A stretch of 64,000 bases of DNA from Vermamoeba vermiformis (lineage: Eukaryota). The translations under genes were made by a program, and so were the position numbers. The stretch is from NCBI GenBank assembly GCA_045837725.1, contig JBEWZL010000166.1:124001-188000 (forward strand). Reading direction: 5' to 3'. Of the stretch, positions 52,317-63,576 are shown one piece after another (the first letter of the stretch is position 1; every line of letters starts with the position of its first letter). The notes beneath the pieces were generated by a model. The model saw nothing but the letters and a program-made list of their open reading frames with translations. It made no database searches and was not told where the DNA came from.

Positions 52317-52429
52317 ATTTCAATTGGATTCAGTCTGCAAGTCTGGGGCGCCCTGGTTTAACTGAAATAAAAACTCGCCGGCGAGACTTTTTCACTCTAA
52401 AAACAAACCCCAATACAAACAACAACTTA

Positions 52430-52633
52430 ATGGCTCAAGTACAACCCGCAAAAGAAGGATTTGGTGCGTAAATTCTTGGTCTACTCTAGTTACCATTGAA
52501 GCTAATTCTCTCTTTAGCACCTTCTCCTGTCCTAACTCCGGAACAATTAGCTGCACTTGTGGAGAAAATCACGCTTAATCAAGGTAAATGTTGGATGAGA
52601 GAAATGGTCGTGTCAAAGGCATCAAATTCCTAA
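52430..52633 (+). CDS. Two-exon micro-protein (32 or 49 aa depending on donor)
   Basis: A/C-rich leader, ATG at 52430, and an intron with branch point GCTAAT and acceptor TTTAG at 52517. Confidence 0.5.
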
Positions 52634-53104
52634 AGGCTGACCACTAACCAATGATCATAATCATAATTGGGGGCTTGGATTGAATTTTAATTCTTTAAAA
52701 CATTTTATTGAAATCTCTCGTAATATGCAAAATCTTGAAACGACAGCACTCACAACGTTGAGTTTTCAATCATTTAAACATATTTAAATATACTGACGCT
52801 GTCGCTAATCTATCACAGCGAATTCTGACTGTAATTCAGAATAGATAGCGTTTATACAGGATATTTCGTTAACTTATTTAACGACAATCCTATTTAAGTC
52901 AGATTGCATAAGATGTATAAACTAAGGCAATCAAGTTGAACTCGCAGTACAATCTGTAGACTATTCGTTGTATTAATTAACCAGTTGTAACGTGATTTTC
53001 GCGGATAAATCATTAACGTAGTGAAGCGCATCAAATGCAATGATTGCGTATGAATTCAACCTGAACCCACCCAATTATTAACATTGTTATCAAAATCAAA
53101 TTAA

Positions 53105-53839
53105 ATGCAAATAGTTAGAATTAGACATTTGAATCTCGAATCAGACACTAAAACAAGTTTAGATCCTCGCTTGCGCGAGACGTACCACACCTTGATAGAC
53201 GACAGTGGACTTGCCGAATCCGTTAAACAGGCGTTGAAGATAAAGAGCCCAACACGGATGCACACTGAAGTGCTAGAATCTGTAGCTCTTGATTCGCGAG
53301 TCAAACCGAACTTGCTCAAAAGTACTTGCCCCAAACGACTGTTCATTACCGAGCCAAAAGGTGCTACGAAACCCTTCATACTTGTTAAGAATCTGAAAGA
53401 TGCAGATCTTGATGATGTAGGATACTTAACAGGTGAAAATTCTGGCCAGGGTATAGACGCACTGGAAATTAGAAAATTGAGCGAATCCGAGTACGACTTG
53501 AATTTTATTCAAATGAAGATGGGTTCTACTCCTGTCAACGCATCCACAGGCAAAAACAATGCATCTAGATCTGCGTATGCAATTGTAGGTCACTTTGCAG
53601 ATCCGGAGAATAACCCAAGCTCTATACTCGCGCAGTACGTGAGAGCGTTTAGAACAGCCTTCGGTCACCCTGTTACATTCAAGGTCAAGAGAAGCGTTTG
53701 GGTAACGGTGCAACCAAATGCTGGTGCAGTGAAGCTATTAAAAGCAAATCACTTCGAAATAACCCTACTCAAAGATATTTGGTCGGATAGCGTTCTGAAG
53801 TACGCTAGAAACGTAAACTTACCCCACATATTCGAGTAA
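53105..53839 (+). CDS. Intronless PD-(D/E)xK restriction-endonuclease-fold protein
   Basis: 244-aa ORF with EVLE, GID and IQMK arranged like nuclease motifs I, II and III. Confidence 0.55.
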   Translation: MQIVRIRHLNLESDTKTSLDPRLRETYHTLIDDSGLAESVKQALKIKSPTRMHTEVLESVALDSRVKPNLLKSTCPKRLFITEPKGATKPFILVKNLKDADLDDVGYLTGENSGQGIDALEIRKLSESEYDLNFIQMKMGSTPVNASTGKNNASRSAYAIVGHFADPENNPSSILAQYVRAFRTAFGHPVTFKVKRSVWVTVQPNAGAVKLLKANHFEITLLKDIWSDSVLKYARNVNLPHIFE

Positions 53840-53958
53840 ACGCCACTGCCTTTATTTGTAAATAGAATAAATGAGATTTGCATCTCAAGTGCGATTACCG
53901 TTGGATCACTACTTTCCTTTCGATTCTTTCGAACGATTTATTTACAATTATTAGTTAT

Positions 53959-56900
53959 CTATTTGACAGGCAGACCTTTCATGGAGCCCCATCGCTTGCC
54001 CATCTTCAAATTGACGGGCAGTGGCACATCCAATTCAATGACGCTCTCCATAGTGCTCTTCAATATCTTCGCGAGCTCTTCAACGTTCTGCTCTTCGACT
54101 TCGTAAATCAACTCGTCGTGGATCTGCAGCAACAGACGTGTGGTTGAGTCGTGAATCTTTTCGTCCACTTTAATCATGGCCATTTTAACCACATCAGCAG
54201 CTGTGCCTTGAATAACTGTGTTCACGGCCTAGTGCTCGTGTCAGTACCGCGAATTAGAGTGGTGATAGTACGTACTTGTCTTTCAGCCTTGTTTGCGTCC
54301 TCGCCATTAATGCCAGGCAACAATCGTCTTCGGTTGGTGATTGTTCTCACGCTCTTGTTCTTGTGGGCTTCCTACGTGGTGAGTGACGCGTGAGAAATGT
54401 GTTGTCGTTTTAAGACAGGGCCTATACTTACTCGTTTGGTCTCTTCAATGAACTCGTTGACTTCAGGATAGGATTGCAAAAAGCTGTCAATGAACTCTTT
54501 GGCCTCTTTCTTCGTCACATCCAAGATCTCGCTCAATGAATTGGGACCCATGCCGTACATAATGCCGTACACAAGTCTCTTTGCTTGCTCTCGCTCTGTG
54601 CTCGTCACTTGGTCCACTGGTTTTTCTGTAATATAATGTCAGTAATGTCGTTAATGACACCTGTAAACGTACTCCTCCAGTGCGAGGCGACGAGTGTGTG
54701 CACATCTTTGCCCGAATTGAAAAATGTTTTCAGAGTCTGGTCCTTGGCAATGTGTGCCATCAATCTCATTTCCAACTGCGAATAATCAGCCGCCAGCAGT
54801 ACGTAGCCCTCGGCAGCTACAAACGCATCACGCACATTGACGACTACTGGCGCAGGTGCTTCTTTGTCTTTCTCTTTGTCTTTGTCGGTAGTGCTCTCCA
54901 AAGAGAACGTTTGTGCTGTGCGCGGCAAGTTTTGCAAGTTCTACACGCGTGTTAGTATTGGTCGGTGCCACGTGCCATCCAATTTCACTTACCGGGTTCT
55001 GCGAAGACAATCGACCAGTCGCAGTGCCAGTGTGCAACAGCGTGGTGTGAATGCGGCCTTTGATCTGTTTCTTGTCGAGTGTCTCAATCCAGTTCGTTAA
55101 CATCTTCTGAATGTGTCTGTGTTGCAACACGATGCCGGGCAACGGATGTTGCTTTTGAAGGGTTCTGGGCAAGTTAAATTAGGATAGTACAGTATTATTG
55201 GCGATAATAATATGAACGTACTTGAGCACGGCCTCATTGGTAGACTGTTGGCCTTTCTTGCCGACTCGTTCTTTTTTCGTCTCCGGCTTGAGTCGCAGTT
55301 TATCGAACAAAATGGCTGAAATGCGTTGCGGACTAGTCAGTGGCACGGATTGGCCTGTCACACGCTCCGCTTCGTTCTGCAAGTCCAACAGTTTCTTTTG
55401 CAAGGTCTGTTCGCACTTGAGCAACTGTTCGTTGTCAAATCCCATGCCCCAGATCTCCATCTTACTCAAAATGGGAACTACAACCATTTCCTAATAAGGG
55501 AAATATCAGATAATGCTGCACAATAAAGGTCAACTTTCTCATACCTGCTCGACAAATATCTTCATGAGGCCCTCTTTCTCGAGCAGTGCCTCCAAGTGAA
55601 CCATCAACCTGAAGCACAGCATCATGTCCTTGAACAATATCGCGTAAGGCGATGTGAATAGCGTGGGCTGTTCAATCTTCTCGGCCAAGTACTTCTCAAC
55701 CAGGCTCAAAAAGTGGTAGCTCTCGTCTTCAGGTGAGTACACCCACGCTGCAATTTGCGGATCCAACAAGTTGCGCGGTCGCACTAAACAAGCGTTAGTA
55801 GATGAAAGTAACTCAAATAAAACTCACTTTTCATATTGTACGAGAACAACGGCTTCAAAGCATTCTTCGTGTCGTAACAGATCTTGTTCTTGATCTTGTC
55901 ACTCTCCAAAAACTCTATCAAAAAGTTGTAGCGCTGTTCTAGTGGCACAAAATCCACTTGATCGTCTTTGGGTGCTGAGGGCTTCAAATTGACAAAATAG
56001 GGCTTGTTGGCCTTGGTCGGATACACCACTATGCCACGAGCCTCGCGCACTGCGACTGACTTCTCGCTGACTTTATGCTGCAGTAACACATTAGCCATAC
56101 TGAAGATCTAATAATGCGATGCTTACCGGTGACTCAATTCGTCTGAAAATATTGCCGTCAACTTTGTCAATGACACTCCAACAGATGTACTGGTGCTTGG
56201 GATCGTAGACTGCTTGTTTGAATGCTTCAAATGCGAGTGAATTAGCGCACGCGTCAATGAACGCGTCCGATTGTTTGGTGGTAGGACTGGTCTTCGAGTG
56301 AGCGGGCGGTGTCTTCTTAGTTTCAGTGCTCACAGGCTTTGTCGGTGTTGCATCGACGAGTGTGTCACTCGTAGCTAACAGTGCAGGGTCTGAGGGGCCT
56401 TTGATGAGTGCTGGCAATGCGCTGCGAGGTGGCTTTGGTGCAGGCTTGGGCTTGCTCTTTTCAATCATCTCTGCAGCCGTGGCATCAGCAGGCACGCTCT
56501 TCTTCTTCTTGTAGGCCTTCTTGCGCTGCACGGGTGCTGAGGGGTCCACGTGCACTGTCTCGTAGCTCTGCGTGGTGGCACCACTCACGTTACCAGGCTT
56601 GGCTGTCTCCATGAAATCATCGCTCGGCTCGTCTTTGTCCTCTTGACTGAACAACGACTCACTCGAGCTCTTAATGCTCTCGCCTTCAACATCGCTGTCC
56701 TCCTCCTTGTTGTTGTTGTTGTTCGTTTCTTGTCGTCGTCTGAACTTTCAAACAACGAGTCGTGCTCCTCGCGCTTGGCTTCTTTTTTCTTCGGAAATTT
56801 AGTGGGCAATCGATTTGTTTCTATAAAAGGAAATCAATATTATTGCAGTCATAATAACAACTTGCAACCTACCTCCTTCGTCGTCGGATCCAAAGAACGT

Positions 56901-57602
56901 GTCCAGAAATTCCTTGTGCGAATTGAGTTCGTCCTCAACAGGTGTCATGTCGATCTCTTGAGTCTATAGTAGATATGATATCAATATTGGTGTTGGATAT
57001 TTAGCAAGTATCGCGAGGTCATGTAGCGGCAGATGGAGAACGTACTTTCTCAGGCGTCTTTTCGATTTTACGTCGTTTAGGACTCTCTTCGTCATCACCT
57101 TCGTGTTTTCTTTTATTGGGGCTAATTGTGTCGCTCACTTTGGTCGGTGTTGATTGAGATTCGCTCTGAGACTCATCCGTTTTCTTCAACAAGATTAATT
57201 TCAACCAAAAAAATTATAGCAATATTATCCTTACTTTAGCTCGCGAAAAAAATGAGTCAATGCTCTGTTGCATGCCTTTAGCCGCGGATGGACTTTTCTT
57301 CTTTATTTTAATATTAGTTTAAAATCGATCAATTTGCTTTATGATGATTATAATTCAGTATTAAAAATATGAATAAAGGAGCAGCTTTGGAAAAAATTGT
57401 TTCGCTCGATCCAGCACGATAAATTGTAGAAAAATCAGCAGAAAATAGAATAATATTGCACTCCCACGACAATAATTTATGACATTACGTTGTATCATAT
57501 ATCACATACAGCAAGTCGTTTAGCAGGCGGAGAAGATTTTTTAGAGGATTGGCTCGCTGGTGACTTTTGTTTTTTAGGCTTTGTAATCCACTCGTCTTCC
57601 AT
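53959..57602 (-). CDS. Family-A DNA polymerase, Pol nu/Pol theta-like, no helicase domain
   Basis: TGTATGRLSS, motif A ADYSQLEMR, motif B AKRLVYGIMYG, motif C LQIHDEL, and a disordered N-terminus. Confidence 0.92.
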
Positions 57603-57935
57603 TTTTGATATATATTTACAATATGTGGTTGTTTTCAGCACAGACAAAAAGAAAAAGAATTAAAAATTCAACAAAACAAGCCAGCAAGAATTTCCGAGAA
57701 CGGATCGGAAGTTCAAAAATAAGAAAACGGTCGAATAGATGTGCATCATTCCATATACCACGGTTTTGCATTTGTTCTCGCAAAAGAAGCAGCAACAAGC
57801 TCTTTAAACGAGATTTCAATTTTTGGATCTGACACGTCATCACGCTCAAAATCTGCTGGTCCAGCGTTCTGTTTCAGTTTTATTTCTCCCTGAGCAACGC
57901 AACAATATATACTATTTAATCACAACGACGGCAAG

Positions 57936-58738
57936 ATGCGATTACTTACGTTAGCTGTTGTTATTCTCGTTTTGGCGCAAATCTGCTTGGAAGTTGAAGC
58001 GGCAGGCAAAGATTACTACAAAATCCTTGGTGTACCGAAAGATGCAGGCGAGAGACAAATTAAAAAGGTAATTTTAATCGTTAAATGACTGTTTTAATTG
58101 ATCGGGAATTTTTTTTACTAATAATCAATAATAAAAATAGGCCTATTACAAATTAGCCCAACAATGGCACCCTGATAAAGCAAGATCTGACGAGCAACGT
58201 AAAATTCATCACGAAAAATATACTGATATTGTCAAAGGTAAGAATTACTACAGGATTCTGATCGTGGATCTGAACTCGCGGTCTAACCCTTGTTTTGCAT
58301 TTCTATAGCATACGAAACGCTTTCTGACGCAGAAAAGAGAAAGAAATACGATATGTTCGGTGATGAAGAACAGCAGCAAGCTCAAGGTGGATTTAAAATG
58401 GATCCGTAAGTATTCCGAATAGAATTCGCGATATTGTCCTAATTTAAATTAAATAACGGCTATTAATACTAACTTTCATTAGCCGCTTTTCTGGCTTTGG
58501 CTTTGGATCTGGTGCGCAGGACATTAAAATCAATTTCGGTTCTGGAGGTTTCAACTTTGGTGGATTTAATTTTGGAGACTTATTTGGCGGCGCTAAGCCT
58601 CGCGCTAATCAACAACAAAAGCAACAGTACTCGCAAAAGACGACCAAATCTAGCAACACTGGATCGACCAGAAAGAACTGCCACACGCAGCGCACATGCA
58701 ATGGTGGTATTTGCGAGACTAGAACGATCTGTCAGTAA
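57936..58738 (+). CDS. ER-targeted DnaJ protein (ERdj4/DNAJB9-like)
   Basis: Signal peptide, DYYKILGV, WHPDK, a G/F-rich region and a short Cys-containing tail. Confidence 0.88.
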
Positions 58739-59353
58739 TTTATACGCTTAGATTGTCCTTTAATCAGTAGATTGGAGTAGAACGCACATCTAGTGGTTTT
58801 TGTCGGATCCTAATTTCTCCTTCGTGTCAATTTCATTTTTGTATTAATTTTGTAAATAACGCTCGATAATATTAATAATAATAGCATCGATTATATAGTT
58901 GAACAGGACACGAAGGAGGAATTTAGATCTGATTATTTAATATAAATTGTACTTTATCTAACTGCTGGCACTTCGCAAAATAAGGCTTGTAGATCCTAAT
59001 AATATGCATACTACTATCTGGTCGGAGATGGTTCGTTGAGTCAACCTAAAGCGTGTTCCATCCGCGTCTTAAAGTGTCAAACCGACGTGAATCGTGCACA
59101 TATTGAATTTCATCGCTATTTGCTCGTTAGCGACTAATGAAGATTCTGTAATGACGTTATAATTTATGAGGTCATATTTCTTGCACAATCTCCGCAACTA
59201 ATTTTGGACCAATCGCGTCACTGGACATTTTTTGTTTTTCCTTTGTCTACACGGGGCCGAGCAAATTTCTCCTTTCTCACAACATTTTGTAATATATACC
59301 ACATATTGTAGATATTCTTTGTATTTATATTCATTCCGTAATCGTAGATCAGC

Positions 59354-60627
59354 ATGACACGTCAACTTCAATTTGTAAACCACAATTACTCTTGGGTGCA
59401 TCCAGCTCTCGAGTTGCGAGAAGCTGCAAGCGGCTTAGGTCTGTTCGTTAAAGATCGGTAAGTGCCAATATTAGTTGATTTAATCGAGTAAATTCTATGC
59501 CATCCACAAGTTTTTCGGTGCCGAAAAAAATAACGGCAATTTCGCGATTATTAGCGAATTATTAGCTACTTAATTACTATCCGTTTCATAGTTTAATGAT
59601 ATCAGCAATCGGCAACAGTATCGATTTTATTTTGACATTTCGCGCGTTTTTCATGAAATCGCCATCTGGTCGCAACCGTATCTCATTATAATTTGTTCCG
59701 CAGCAATATCGAAGAAGGCGAAGTAGTCGTTGGATGGACTGGTCGTGTTGTCAATTACAAGGATGTATTGACTTTGCCTGCAGACGACCAAGACTTCTTT
59801 TTTCAAATTGACGAAGATCTGTTTCAAGTGCCTTTTGTTTATGGCCAGCGCGAACCAGCTGTAAGTTATGAAATTATATTCTTTTATTTATCTCATACGC
59901 TATCTTTAATTTATTTTAAATGTGTGCCAACGGACCACAAATTCAATTTTCACAACAATTTCAAATTCAATCTGCGCGTTCTATTGCAGTTGAAAATTGG
60001 TTTAATCATTCGAATCATTTCTAATTAGTACGATGACGTATGGCGCTTCAAAAGTGTCAAAAAAATTGACAGCTCCGTGTCCAATCCAAAACAAAATCTT
60101 ATCTATATACGCGGTTAGATAGCCCATTATGCAATTCATTATACGACACTTAGCATTTCACATTTACAACGCCCACAATTGTTTTCTGACCTTAACTTTT
60201 TCCTTCGATTTTTCCGTTGTTTTTCGGCGCAACAGATATTTATAAACACGTATGACTGCCGATAACTGAAACTCAATTAAATAGCGGTTTAAATGCTTAT
60301 AGCAGTACTAACGAGATGTAACAATAGGACTTTGTCAATCATTCTTGCGAGCCGACTTGTGGCTTGCGCGGTGAGGCGATATTAGTGGCCATGAAACGAC
60401 TGCACATTGGCGACGAAGTGACATACGACTACGCGATGAGTGATTGCGTGGACTTGGTGGGCTGGGAGTGCAATTGCGGCACAGCTAGCTGTCGTGGTCG
60501 AGTCCAGGGCGATGACTGGAAGTACCGCGACGAGTTGTGGCTCAAGTACGGCGATTATTTCAGCCCGTACCTCAAACTCAAGCGCAGAAAATATTTGAGC
60601 GACATGAATCAGAGCGACACACAGTGA
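59354..60627 (+). CDS. Stand-alone SET/post-SET domain protein (3 exons)
   Basis: GLGLF, FVNHSCEP, EVTYDY and the post-SET motif CNCGTASCRG. Confidence 0.9.
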
Positions 60628-60797
60628 TGGCGAGACTGATTATCACAGTCACAGCGAGCTCAAGATCGAAGAAAGCGAGATGTAGATCTGACACTTGGAT
60701 ATTTCCTAAAAAGGAAGTCTCATGCTGGATCCAAATGTATTTGTAATTGTTTCAAATAACACTCTGTAAATAGTCATTAACATACGAATCGTTGTGT

Positions 60798-62968
60798 TTA
60801 TTTTCTTCGTTTTGGTTGTTGCTTTCTATTTCGAGTCTTAGTATTATTACTACTACTATTGTTGTTCTTGCTCGCTTGTTTCAAATCATATTCAGCAATC
60901 TCTTTAATGACTTTATCAATGTCCTCTTCTTTGTTGTTTTTCTTGCCATTAGTGTTGTTGTTTCTCGCGCCTTTAGTCTTCTGCAAATCATTCATGTCTA
61001 ATTCGCCTTTCTTCAACTTGTTCGCTAAAATATCGTGCTGTCGCTTCGACAATTTTCCGTCCAATTCTTCAAACGTCATTTTTTCCACGTCTTTTTTGCT
61101 CTCTTCCCGCGCTTTATTACCAGGCTTTTCAACTTCTTCGGCGTGCCCATCAGACCCTTCCACGTGAAATTTGTTCTTTTGCTTCCACACGTCAAACAAG
61201 GGCATGATTTCCTAATTTGGAAGTTAGTGAGCTTGTCTTTTTTCAAGAATTCATTAGTAGCGTACGTACATCAATGTCGCAAGTGCTCATGTACTCTTTG
61301 AGCGAAGGCGTTGGCTCAGTTTGATAAATCTTGAGTAAAATTTTCATGGCGTGATCTTTCTCTTGCTTCATGTCTTCCGCGATCAATTTCTTCTGCAACT
61401 TCTCTTTGAACGAGTCGTCCATGATTTCTTTGGCGGAGATAACAGCGTATTCATTCTTATTCTCTTCGAGCGCGTGTGCTGTGCGTCGCAGGGAAGATTT
61501 GACCGTGACAAAGATATCGTCGAGTGTCTTGGCAATGTAGTCGTAGAACTGTTTCACGTGTTTGTACAGTCGACTCCACTGCGGGAAATAGGCCAAGAAC
61601 TCATCGCCTAACAATGAGGTTATATTAACTCTGTAGGCTTTGATAACGAAGCCTTACCTTCGTTGTGCCTGATGATCTCGAGCATGTGTCGGTGATTCAA
61701 TTTTCTTTTGTCTTTAATGCTCAAGTGTGCAAGCGCGACGTACTGCGGGGACTTGACTTTGATGCGATGAAAATCTTTGTCGCAAATGACAAATCCCTCT
61801 GTGACACGTGTCAATCATTGTCATTTTACCGACAATTGTGACTGACCTGCTTGGACCGGATTCAATTTGCCAGCAGCAGCAACAATCTCTTCAATGTTCG
61901 TCAACGGAAATCTGGTCACGACACGCCAGCCATTCTCTTTGGCCACGGGTTCAGGGGCCAGTTCTTTCATCGTCGTCAAGTCTCGACAGCCGTGCAGGGC
62001 AATGAATTCTTCTTTGGGCTGCACAACAATGGTGTGGCTATATTATCATTAATAATAGTTCATTAACAAAATGTTTGAAGACATACGCAGGGGTGACCAT
62101 TTCAAACATGTAACACTTGGTCGTGTCTTTGGGCATTTGATACCGCATCTTCTTCCAAATGGACCAGAACAAGTCACAGAATCGGAGCTGATTCGTAGTC
62201 AAGCTGTTGATGTATATATTAGATTAATTAAATAAGCGTAATATTTGATCTTGACTTACGTTCCCGTGGCATCCGGCATGCCAGACGAAGAGACCCACCA
62301 CTCGTCTTTGTAATAATACAGCACTGCTAAACTGCCGTCTAGCTTCTCATAGACAGCCGCGCTACTCCAATCTAGCAGCATGGTTAGTATTACTGTTAAC
62401 ACAGCGACAACGATTGCAGACGTTACCGATCGGATCTGCCCATTTTTCACCGTAGTTGAAAAACTTGTTGTACGGATACGAAACGACTTTCCAGTTATTG
62501 TCTCGATCCAATATGATTGCTCGACATTCGCGCACAACTGCTACCTAATACAAAGAGAGATCAATTTTTGTGGAAAGGCAATTTCGCTTTAAAGTGAGCC
62601 AAAAAAAGGCGGGTTGTATAAATTTCGTTTTATTAACGATATTGGGCGACAAGAGTACTGAAGCTAATTTTTGGGAATATTTAATGAATTTTTTGATTAA
62701 GAATTATTGAGAAAAAACCCCGATCTACTTTACTTACATCCCAAGGGCTTGAAATCTGATCGTATTTGAATAGCAGCAAATTTTTATAAGTCTTGTGATA
62801 TTTAACTTGAATATTGTAGTCTTGAATCAACGGCCCGATCCCGTTCTCTTTTACAAAGGACACGAGCTGGGGCGTAGATCCATCGCCGGCACTTGCTTGA
62901 TCACTCATGCCAAATGACGATGAGGCCTGCTGCCTATTGTTATTGTTGTATTGTCTCTTGTTCGACAT
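60798..62968 (-). CDS. T4 Rnl1-like ATP-dependent RNA ligase
   Basis: ECRAIIL...YPYNKFFNYGE, motif I YEKLDGS, YMFEMV, EGFV and RIKVKSPQY. Confidence 0.88.
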
Positions 62969-63092
62969 CGTAATTCAAACAAGAATGAAACTCACAGAAA
63001 ACAAGCGCAACTGATTAAATCATGATTATTCATAAATATTAGGGCCTGTTTTGGAATATAATCAGTGCAGACCTTTAGCTGATCAATACAGG

Positions 63093-63432
63093 TGTAACGA
63101 AACACGAACCGCGTACAAGATATGCGTACTGAGGTGTTACGCAAGGGGTCTTACTCCCCCTTTAAAGACAACACGGCGTCCCGCCCTCCACGACTTCACA
63201 CGGCCCCAGATCCCAAGGCCCTAACCCCTCTACCGCGACTACAGCTCCTCCCGAGCCACGCGCTCATAAAAGTGTTTTTAGGGAATTCAGGATCGGACCG
63301 TGAGCTCACCTCAACGGACGATCCCTCTCCTGCCCGAAGGAATGGCCACCAATGTAACGAAACACGAACCGCGTACACCAAAAAGCATATGCGTACTCGG
63401 AGCGTGTTTTACGCAAGGGCAGTTTCATTACA
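63093..63432 (-). mobile_element. TRIM-like non-autonomous miniature LTR retroelement (340 bp)
   Basis: TGT...ACA termini with a 10/11 inverted repeat; 4-bp TSD CAGG (63089-63092 and 63433-63436); direct repeats at 63093-63155 and 63353-63432; PBS-like TGGTGGCC and PPT AAAGGGGGAG on the minus strand. Confidence 0.8.
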
Positions 63433-63576
63433 CAGGTGTGACAAACGTCAACCGCGAAATTGCAACACAAATCCTATTGCGCGCTAAGTGAAGTGCACAA
63501 TAGTGAAAGTTTATAACATAATATATAGCTATTTATTTTGTATTATATATAGTATTATCATTGCACAGTGGAAAAG

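Noticed and set aside
63091-63145. Hammerhead-ribozyme-like arrangement (GTAAC-GAAA ... CTGAGG-TGTTAC) in the left terminal repeat
   Set aside because: The core reads CUGAGGU rather than CUGANGA, stems I and III do not form properly, and the right repeat lacks the motif.
63093-63432. CRISPR-like repeat-spacer-repeat
   Set aside because: Only two repeats, a 200-bp spacer, no cas genes and a eukaryotic context; LTR features explain it better.
63122-63491. Short ORFs over the mini element
   Set aside because: No recognisable domains; expected by chance in GC-rich sequence.
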